51,615 nucleotides of DNA, taken from contig NIVC01004288.1 of assembly GCA_002269645.1 (NCBI GenBank), positions 1-51,615 of the forward strand, given 5' to 3'. Of the stretch, positions 38,801-48,793 are shown one piece after another. Position 1 is the first letter of the stretch, and each line of letters opens with the position of its first letter. The notes beneath the pieces are model-generated. The model was not told the DNA's origin and ran no database searches. It was given only the letters and a program-made list of their open reading frames with translations. Both the position numbers and the translations under genes were made by a program. This stretch comes from Macrostomum lignano. Taxonomy: Eukaryota.

Positions 38801-41800
38801 AGAGGAGAGGGGAGAGGAGAGAGGAGAGGAGATAGGAGAGGAGATAGGAGAGGAGAGGAGAGAGGAGAGAGGAGAGGAGATAGGAGAGGGGAGGAGAGAG
38901 GAGAGGAGATAGGAGAGGGGAGTAGAGGAGAGAGGTGAGGAGAGAGGAGAGGGGAGGAGAGGAGAGGAGAGAGGAGAGGGGTAAAGAGGAGAGGAGAGGA
39001 GAGGAGAGAGGAGAGGAGAGAGGAGAGGGGAGGAGAGGAGAGGAGAGAGGAGAGGGGTAAAGAGGAGAGGAGAGAGGAGAGGAGAGAGGAGAGGAGAGAG
39101 GAGAGGAGAGTGGAGAGGAGAGTGGAGAGGAGAGAGGAGAGGAGAGAGGAGAGAGAGGAGAGGAGAGAGGAGAGGAGAGAGGAGAGGAGAGAGGAGAGGA
39201 GAGAGGAGAGGAGAGAGGAGAGGAGAGGAGAGGAGAGAGAGAGGAGAGAGAGAGGAGAGGAGAGGAGAGAGGAGAGGAGAGAGGAGAGGAGAGAGGAGAG
39301 GAGAGAGGAGAGGAGATAGGAGAGGAGAGAGGAGAGGAGAGGAGAGAGGAGAGGAGATAGGAGAGGAGAGGAGAGAGGAGAGGAGAGAGGAGAGGAGAGA
39401 GGAGAGGAGAGAGGAGAGGAGAGGAGAGAGGAGAGGAGAGGAGAGAGAGAGAGGAGAGAGGAGAGGAGAGAGGAGAGGAGAGGAGAGAGGAGAGGAGATA
39501 GGAGAGGAGAGGAGAGAGGAGAGGAGAGGAGAGAGGAGAGGAGAGAGGAGAGGAGAGAGGAGAGGAGAGAGGAGAGGAGAGAGGAGAGGAGAGAGGAGAG
39601 GAGAGAGGAGAGGAGAGAGGAGAGGAGAGGAGAGGAGAGGAGAGGGAGAGAGGAGAGGAGAGGAGGAGAGGAGAGAGGAGAGGAGAGAGGAGAGGAGAGA
39701 GGAGAGGAGAGGAGAGGAGAGAGGAGAGAGAGAGAGGAGAGGAGAGGAGAGAGGAGAGGAGAGGAGGAGGAGAGGAGAGAGGAGAGAGAGAGGAGAGAGG
39801 AGGAGAGGAGAGAGGAGAGGAGAGAGGAGAGGAGAGAGGAGAGGAGAGAGGAGAGGAGAGAGGAGAGGAGAGGAGAGAGGAGAGGAGAGGAGAGAGGAGA
39901 GGAGAGGAGAGAGGAGAGGGGTAAAGAGGAGAGGAGAGAGGAGAGGAGAGAGGAGAGGAGAGGGAGAGGAGAGAGGAGAGAGAGAGGAGAGGAGAGAGGA
40001 GAGAGAGAGAGGAGAGGAGAGAGGAGAGGAGAGAGGAGAGGAGAGGAGAGAGGAGGAGGTAAAGAGGAGAGGAGAGAGGAGAGGAGAGAGGAGAGGAGAG
40101 AGGAGAGGAGAGGAGAGAGGAGAGAAGAGAAGGGGGGAGCAGATGAGAGAGAGGAGGAGAGGAGACGAGAGGAGGAGAAAAGAGAGGAGAGAGGAGATTA
40201 GAGAGAAAAGACCTGAGAAAAGACACAAACCTTGAGCGTGGCGGATTGCTATTGTTAATTTTTCAAAGGACCCGAGGGCCGAATAGAGACCCTGATTTAG
40301 ACTAGTGAGCCATCGGACAAGTGAGTTTTTCAGTATGTACAATCCAAACTGGCTACTTAGACTCAGTAGTGAGTGAAAAGTATGCTGAGACATACAATAT
40401 ATGGTAGAATTAGTCAAGTGAGAAATACCTTCTTGGCGATAATTTTCTCCCTGGCGGTGAGTATGATTGGGCAGCGCATCTCCTTGCCCTCCGAGTCGCG
40501 CTCCACTTTGCCATCCAGGGCTGGCGACTTACGGGCCTCGGCGTGAGCGTAGTCCTTGCCGATGGCGTACACCTGGGCAAGGCGGTTAGAGCGTTAAACT
40601 TGGAAGTTTGTTTGCATTATCAGAGCCAAGCAGATTAGCCCTCGATGACAGTGCAAGCCAGTTTGTATTCACCAGCCCGACTGGCATGCGATTGAAAGTA
40701 TCAAGTTTACAATAATTTTCCAACTGGAAATTGTAGCATCACAGCGGGGGGGGGGCAGCGACCCGACTGCATTTGCATAGCAGCAAACCGGCAACAGCCA
40801 CTTCCACTGCTGGTTCAAAGTCAAAAGTACGCAAACTCGATTGTGGAAAATATTTTTGGGGTTTTTTTCATAGCGCCTGCTGTGCGAAACAGACTGGAGA
40901 GATGCTGGTTGCCCGGGCATATGAACACCTGTTTGTCTGAACTTCACTTTGTATGCGGGAATTCCGCGCTAAATTTGGATTGCAATTTATGCGTCCGTAC
41001 TTGAAGAAATACTGATTCTGCCTGATCTGAGGGTCACGTGGGGTTGCTAGCTTATTCTGAGGTTGTAATAAAGTTCTAAATAGTCTCATATGAGAGTCCT
41101 TGGGGTTGGTAGCCTCATCTGATGGTCATATGAGGTTCTAGTTAGCTTCACCTGTGGGTCATGTGCAGCGTTAAACCAAAGGGTCATGTGAGGTTCTAAT
41201 TAGCCTCACCTGAGGGTCATATTGTGAGGTTCTAATCAGCCTGAGGGTCATGTGAGGTTCTAATCAGCCTCACCTGAGGGTCATGTGAGGCTCTAATCAA
41301 CAAACGCCAGCCCAGCTAACCTTGATGTCCGTGCCGTCAGTGAGCATGAAGTCTTCGTACAAGAAGCTGCCCTGGCGCCGGACCCGACTCTCGCCACTCA
41401 GGTAGACGCTGCTGCAGTTGCCAATCTTGCGAAACAGCTTCACGCAGCCGCCGCCAGCTGAGCTGGGAAAATAAATTCTAATGTTGTGATCCTCGGCATC
41501 AATTGGCTTCTCAACAAACGGCTTGTGAAACACCTGGCCGAGCACGCTGATCTGATCATCTGATTCTGTCAGAGCGGACTCGCTGCTACGGTCAACTTCG
41601 TCTACCGCCGTATGACAGTCTTTGCTGTTACTGTCATTACTGCTACTACTATTATTAGTATCATTATTATTATTATTATTACTATTCTGGCTGGTGTTTC
41701 TGGCACAGCGCTGCAGCACAGCGTAGCGCACCACAGGGATGTCTCGCTCGCGCAGGCGCTCGTACACCAGCCGCCGGTCCATCAGGAGCCGCTGGGCCGC

Positions 41801-42049
41801 CAGATCGTTGACCAGAAACGGCTTTCGGAGCTGAGCGTAGGCGATGGCTTTGTCCAGAGGGAAGCCGTGCGAGTAGAACGCGATGAGGGCGTCCACGGCC
41901 GGCCAGTGGTCGACTGGCTCGTTCAGGATGACGGACTCCGGGAATGGCACAATCTCGATGTGCTCGAAACGGTGCAGCCGGCCGAGGATAGCCGTCATGG
42001 GCTTCGACTTCACTTTCTTATCCATGGCGCAGAGGCCGAGGCGAATCAT
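32892..42049 (-). CDS. PPIP5K: Inositol hexakisphosphate/diphosphoinositol-pentakisphosphate kinase (PPIP5K/VIP1): ATP-grasp kinase + histidine-phosphatase-like domain, 8 coding exons
   Basis: Exons: 42049(ATG; acceptor at 42059)-41321, 40572-40429, 38723-38196, 37254-37046, 35693-34821, 34616-34138, 33751-33422, 33253-32892; 3654 nt = 1217 aa + TGA, phases consistent. Diagnostic motifs: [141 protein letters not shown]. Confidence 0.96.
35818..36808. mobile_element. Non-autonomous hAT-type transposon (MITE) with internal minisatellite, in PPIP5K intron 4
   Basis: Perfect 14-bp TIRs CAGGGGCGTCGCCA (35818-35831) / TGGCGACGCCCCTG (36795-36808); perfect 8-bp TSD ACCACTCG (35810-35817 and 36809-36816). 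Confidence 0.92.
35845..36695. repeat. 21/12-bp GGCGCTAAAATGAGTGCCTGC minisatellite inside the hAT MITE
   Basis: Direct. Confidence 0.96.
37335..38160. repeat. G-rich 19-bp minisatellite CTAGCAGGGGACAGGGAGG
   Basis: Direct. Confidence 0.95.
38787..40200. repeat. (GGAGA)n-type polypurine tract, about 1.4 kb
   Basis: Direct. Confidence 0.97.
41090..41298. repeat. Degenerate 33-bp repeat TGAGGTTCTAATCAGCCTCACCTGAGGGTCATG
   Basis: Direct. Confidence 0.85.
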
Positions 42050-42109
42050 GATCTCTGGCTGTGAGCGGTAATTGGAGAGATCAGATGAGGCGAGGCTAAG
42101 ATGAGGTTA

Positions 42110-42725
42110 GCTAGTTGATAAGACTCAACAGGTGTGTTTAATGATAGCTGGCTGATAAGACTCAACAGGTGTGTTTAAAAGAATAGCTAGCTGATAAGAT
42201 TTAACAAGTGTGTTTAATAATAGCTAGTTGATAAGACTCAACAGGTGTGATAAACAATAGCTAGCTGATAAGACTCAACAGGTGTGTTTAATAATAGCTA
42301 GCTGATAAGACTCAACAGGTGTGTTTAATGATAGCTGACTGATAAGACTCAACAGGTGTGTTTAATGATAGCTGGCTGATAAGACTCAATAGGTGTGTTT
42401 AATGATAGCTGGCTGATAAGACTCAACAGGTGTGTTTAATAATAGCTAGCTGATAAGACTCAACAGGTGTGTTTAATGATAGCTGACTGATAAGACTCAA
42501 AAGGTGTGTTTAATGATAGCTGGCTGATAAGACTCAATAGGTGTGTTTAATGATAGCTAGTTGATAAGACTCAACAGGTGTGATAAACAATAGCTAGCTG
42601 ATAAGACTCAACAGGTGTGTTTAATGATAGCTGACTGATAAGACTCAACAGGTGTGTTTAATAATAGCTAGCTGATAAGATTCAACAGTTGTGTTTAGTA
42701 ATAGCTAGCTGATAAGACTCGACAG
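42110..42725. repeat. Minisatellite, 37-bp ATAAGACTCAACAGGTGTGTTTAATGATAGCTAGCTG, about 16 copies
   Basis: Direct. Confidence 0.95.
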
Positions 42726-43642
42726 GTAGGCTAATATGGCAGATAATAGTTGATAAGAGTATTAAACAGGCTCTCGGTCGGTTTGCTTGCTCAAAATCTC
42801 TAGCAGGAGAGATTGATGTTTTCAACTCTGTGAGCCCTATTCTAAATAGTTATTCCTCCTATGCATTGCATTTCACAGCTACGCTTGCCTTTTAAATTTA
42901 AATACCCTCTCCGCCTCTGACATTAACTGTTGGGGATTTTCCATGCGACCATTGGGGCGACACTTTTCGCATAAGTATGAGTCAGGAAGTGAGAAATAGA
43001 AGCGGGAATCAAGACGCGACTTGGCGAAGCTTTTGACTGAAGTTCCTCACAAAGCAACACGTGTACGCCTGTTGCTGGGGGGAGGAGGGGGTTATTGTGT
43101 AGAGCTAGTATTTTCAGAAGCAGAGAACTTACTGTGCCGGCAATTTTACTATCAAACGTACGAACCAGTTAAGAGCAGTCAGCTCTGGTCTGTGACTGGC
43201 ATTTTCTAACCGGGGCTGCTCGCAGCCTATTGAACAAATCAGCTAACACTGCGCCTGCAGCTGCATCGTGTGAGCTTGGATGGAGAGAAAAATGGGAAAG
43301 GCCCAGCAAACAGGCCGGTCTTAAATACAAGAGAAGAGCCGCGGCGTGGAGGGTGGGAGCGAGACACAATTAGAACGGAGCGGAGAAGAGGGGCTGAGAG
43401 AGAGAATTGAAGCGAGGCCAAGAGCTGTGGGGGTGGCTGGGGTTGCACGTACGGTCGGGAGCGAGGCTGAGCTCCGGTACAAAGCCAAGCGGGAGAGAGG
43501 CTCGGCTGCGTACAGAGAGAGGTACGGGTGCCTTTAGACAGAGGCCAGAGGTCAGGAGAGGACAGTCCAGCGTCAGCTGACTGGATGGTCGATGCCCAAT
43601 CGCTGTACGTTATCTTAATGCATGGTGATGCGTGTTATTGTG

Positions 43643-44300
<658 letters not shown>

Positions 44301-44646
44301 ATTAATATTACAATAGGCTCTCAAGCGCAAATATTTACTGAACTTAACAGGAATAAGTGAGCAGTTGCGCTGCTCTTCACATTAGTATTATTCGATGTGT
44401 CGCAAAGCATACATTTCTGGGTTTTCGGACGAAGCGCAACTTCAGTGGAAACTTTCAATCATCAATCAATAATACAAAATGTTCCGCAATTCAAAACACA
44501 GGTTGATTGGTTACGAATTAAGCGTGAATAAGTAAACGAAGAAGCCATCTCGAATTGGCAGCCATGAATAAAATGAATTTTCCGGTGTCGAATCTCGTTT
44601 GAAGGAGAATGCTGCAGTGTTGCGGGCGGTCAGGGGGTGCCGGCAG

Positions 44647-45642
44647 TCACGGTGGGTCCACTATTGAGTCGCCCTCCCCGTGCAGCCAGTAGGTCAGCTG
44701 CCGGCCCTTGCCCTGCATGATGGGAGGGGGAGAAGTGCTTCAACCATTAACTCATGAGCTCACTCATGAACTCACTCAAGAACTCACTCAAGAACTCACT
44801 CAAGAACTCACTCAAGAACTCACTCAAGAACTCACTCAAGAACTCACTCAAGAACTCACTCAAGAACTCACTCAAGAACTCACTCAAGAACTCACTCAAG
44901 AACTCACTCAAGAACTCACTCATGAACTAATGAACCACTCATGAACTCACTCATGAATTCACTCATGAATTCCCTCAAGAACTCACTCATGAACTCACTC
45001 AAGAACTCACTCAAGAACTCACTCAGGAACTCACTCATGAACTCACTCATGAATTCCCTCAAGAACTCACTCATAACTCATAAACTCATGAAGTTTCACC
45101 GCACCTTCATTTCCACTTCGCCCCGCACAGTGGTGACGAAGCCGCCAAGGCTCTGCAGAATGGTGAATGTGCTGGCACTAATGTGGATCTTCAACGGCAG
45201 GCCGTTGCTCTCCATCCGGGAGGCTGTGTTCACCGTGTCGCCGAATAGGCAGTAACGAGGCATCTTCAGGCCGACCACTCCAGCGCACACGGGACCTGCG
45301 GTGTTTTGGAAACTCTTACTGGTACTTTTTATAAATCCTATTCCTAATCCCCTCAGAATGCAAACATTAGCGCAATTCAAGAGAGCAAAACAACCTACCG
45401 GAGTTGATGCCAATGCGCAGTTTGAGTTTCTCCTCCGGCTTGTGCCGAATTCGAAAGGTGGAAATGTGCTCCAGAAAGTTGAGCGCCATTCTGGCAATCT
45501 CTCTGGCATGATTGATACCGTTTCTCACTGGCAGGCCAGACACTACCATGTAGGCGTCTCCGATGGTCTCCACTTTGTAGCAATCGTAGCGTTCGATGAT
45601 ACAGTCGAATAAGGTGTACAGATCGTTCAGTAGGGTCACTAC
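44647..45642 (-). CDS. Guanylyl cyclase catalytic domain, last three exons (receptor/natriuretic-peptide-receptor-like; 5' part outside window)
   Basis: Exons 45642-45399, 45295-45105, 44712-44647 (stop TGA), phases 0/1/0. [75 protein letters not shown]. The E of KVET and the C of YCLF are the guanine-specifying residues. Confidence 0.93.
44750..45090. repeat. 12-bp AACTCACTCAAG minisatellite, about 25 copies, in the last guanylyl cyclase intron
   Basis: Direct. Confidence 0.95.
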
Positions 45643-45696
45643 CTGTAGACATGGAGAGGAGAAGAGAGGAAAAAGTGTTTAGCGTTCGGCGGTCAG

Positions 45697-45983
45697 TGTG
45701 AGGGGTGGTGGGTGTGAGGGGTGGTGGGTGTGAGGGTTGGTGGGTGTGAGGGGTGGTGGATGTGCGGGTTGGTGGGTGTGAGGGGTGGTGGATGTGCGGG
45801 TTGGTGGGTGTGCGGGGTGGTGAGTGTGCGGGGTGGTGGGTGTGCGGGTTGGTGGATGTGCGGGGTGGTGGGGTGAGGAGTGGTGGGTGTGCGGGTTAGT
45901 GGGTTGCGGGGTGATGGGGGTGAGGGGTGATGGGTGTGCGGGTTAGTGGGTTGCGGGGTGATGGGGGTGAGGGGTGGTGGGTA
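45697..45983. repeat. G-rich 16-bp GGGTGTGAGGGGTGGT repeat
   Basis: Direct. Confidence 0.9.
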
Positions 45984-47030
45984 TGAAGGGTGGTCATTTC
46001 AATGCATAGCTGGCTTGAGAGTGGTTCAAGAATTTAGCAATCTCTCATATAGGTCAAGAATGCCTATGTTTACGATTGATACTTTCTTTAAATGGATCAT
46101 TAAGGATATAGTGAATACGAGCTAAGTTCTACTACAAGTACTGTAGTGAGAAGCTATGATCATAAAATATTCGGACTTCTCTGTAAATCAGAAATGCTGA
46201 AATCAATGCCATTAAAATCAAGCAAAAGTGCAGCTTTCCCATTAAACGCTGCTGTCAATCGCGTATTATTTATTCCGTTAGAGTGAGGACTTCTAACCAC
46301 ACGAGAGACGGATTACCCATCTGTCAATCTTAGTTGCAAATTTCGGGTTTTGCATTAGGGAATACGATTAAGAATTTCGGACATCTGTCTACGATACAGC
46401 ATGCTCATTTATGCTGATTTTCCTGCTTTCCTTATGTAAAATTATGCACCTCAAACCGCTAAATTCATAGAAACAGCTTCCTAACTGACAAGTTGCTGAA
46501 TTCACTAAAATGACTGAGGAAATTTTGAGTGTCATCAAGGGGGAACTGAAAAAGTCTCTTAATGTGCTCATGCTCAGGCGAAGAAATCTGATTCCACTAT
46601 TCGGGCTTCTGATGACGTTCTAATGAATTTTTTCAGGAGAGTGTTGACAGACTTTTACTTGTTCGAGAGACACGACTGCTATTTTTGAGCAGTCCACTCC
46701 GCTCGACATTCAAGTAGTTTCTCAAGGCTGCACGAATTTCACTTTGGCTCAGATTTCTTCATTTGAAAACTGCTTGAGTCGATTGGAAGGCTGATTTCGG
46801 CTGAAAGTGACGGACTGAAGTACTTCTGGTGTGACATGACTGTCTTATGGAATGGGGGTCTGAATTAAGGTGTCTGTTGTGAGGCGTGTGCCTGCATGCA
46901 ATGGCGGGTACAGCACGCCTGTGTAGCATGAGACAGATTAGGCCTACGGGCTAAGGTCTGCGATCCTACACACCTGCACCCCCTCTATTCTGGTGCAGGA
47001 ATGGCAGGAGAACTCTCTCCAAGCTGACTC

Positions 47031-47099
47031 GCAAGCCGACCCAGGGGTTCACGCCCCGCATGTGTTCAAGGCAGCTCTAGGGCTGCTGGACTGACTGGG
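47031..47099 (+). ncRNA. Candidate HDV/CPEB3-like self-cleaving ribozyme in the retrotransposon 5' UTR
   Basis: P2 CCCAG(47040-44)/CUGGG(47095-99); P3 GGG/CCC; L3 UUCACGC; P1' GCAUGU + GU; P4 47066-47090; J4/2 CUGA. See findings for weaknesses. Confidence 0.5.
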
Positions 47100-47496
47100 C
47101 TCCGGCGGCGGCAACCCATCCGTGGCCTTTTGGCCAAGTTGGGTACGGGCTCCGCCCGGAAGTGCACCTGTGCGTATCAGGTACCTCTGGCCACGGCTCT
47201 GAGGAACAGGTACCACCCTCTGACCTTAACAGGGTATGCGGCCAGTCCGCAGGCTCCGGAGGCAGTCCTCCTGCTTCCCTCAAGGGCCCAGTGTAGTACC
47301 GTGCTGATGGTCCTTTGGTTCGGCCTCTGGTTTTTCCAAGCCGGGCTCTTAGCCGGGGAGTTTCTCGGTTGCTAGCGGTCGGGCCGGTACGGGCTTAAGC
47401 CACCCCCCGGTCGCTACCTCTTGGCCTGGTTGTTGGGTTTGGGGTTACGGCCCAGCGGCTTCTCACCTTTAGTCCCCACTCGCCTTTCAGCGACTC

Positions 47497-48793
47497 ATGG
47501 AGTATTCATTTACCTCCGACACGTCCGAGGCTGCTGGAGCACCAACCGAGGTTGGCACCGCGGCCCAGCCGGACATTCGCAACACCGGAACCCCCGGTGC
47601 CTCTCAATCTGCCGCTGCCGCCGCTCAGGATAATACCGGAGTGGCTGGACAAGACAGCGGACCTCAGATTTCAAAAAAGAAGGCCCGTAGCATTGCTCGC
47701 TACAAAGCCTTTCTCCAGCGCAAAGCGGAGGAACGGAGGAATGCGAAAGCCGCCCCTCCGGCCACCTCCGAGGAGGATGCCGGTAACTCTGCGAACCCCG
47801 CGGAGGAGCCGACATCCGACAAGGGGGTGGACCCCGCGCGCCGGTCTGATGCGTCAGGTGCCGCCGAAGCTCCTGGTGCGGCTGGCCCCTCCCGTGACCG
47901 GACCTCTGCCCGTGTGGAAGCTCCCACGGCCGTGGAGGGATCCAAAGCGGGGGGCGCTGGCCAAACCACAAAGCCGAAGCGAACCTACGCGGCTATGGCC
48001 AAAAGGCAGCCGGCCCTGGTTATCCAAGGCCAGGAGACGCCTCTTACGGCCGAACAGCTCGACCTTATCTGGCGCAGGTTGGACTCCCACCTGGTCAAGA
48101 TGGCCTTGAGCGGCACTACTATTCGAGTCCAAAAGACGAAAGTCGAGGACCAAGCCCTCTATATCCAGCCCACCGACAGCCAGTCAGGACAGCAGCTCCT
48201 CGAGCTGCTGAAAACCTTCGACTGGAGTACGGAGCTGGAGAACCTGTTCATCTACAGGGAGGACGAGCGACCCCGGACACACCGGCACCGTGCCTGGATC
48301 CCGGCTCGCAGCTGCATCACCAAGGCCGACGAGCTGCGTCACCTGCTAGTGGCTTCCAACCCGGAGCTACCGGCCAACGGTGTCGTAGTCCAAGCCGGGC
48401 GGAGACGGTTTCACGGCTATTCTTGGACTGTCGGATAGCTGGATGCTCCGCTACCCGGACATGTCCATCATCTCTGTCGGGCTGTTGCAGATTCAGCTCT
48501 TTAGAACAGGCGGACGTGGAAAGGGCCGGAAACCCGCCCGGAACACTATCCGCTCTGGTCTGACTCAGCGCGCGAAGCAGCTGCTGGACACCGCCAAGGC
48601 CCCCAACCCAGCCACCCCCAGCCCAGTGTCACCACTGCGGCCCCCCCCGGAAAACCGGGCCGAGAGCGAGAATGCCGCCCAGGTAGCGACCTCGCCCTCG
48701 ACCATGGAATCCATCCGGGAGGAGCCCATGGAGCTGGAGCCGGGAGCTATCGGCGAGGCAGAAGAGGCAGCTCTCCTGCACAACTCGCCTTGA
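47497..48793 (+). CDS. Retrotransposon ORF1 (about 430 aa, one frameshift near 48398), resembles DUF4780-type LOA ORF1
   Basis: ATG 47497; low-complexity N-terminus, then TYAAMAK...RAWIP...LLVASNPEL. Continues in the +1 frame (GDGFTAILGLSDSWMLRY...LLHNSP*) to TGA 48793. Confidence 0.7.

Noticed and set aside
46609-46640. CTGATGA hammerhead core upstream of the retrotransposon
   Set aside because: No stem II or GAAA in register.
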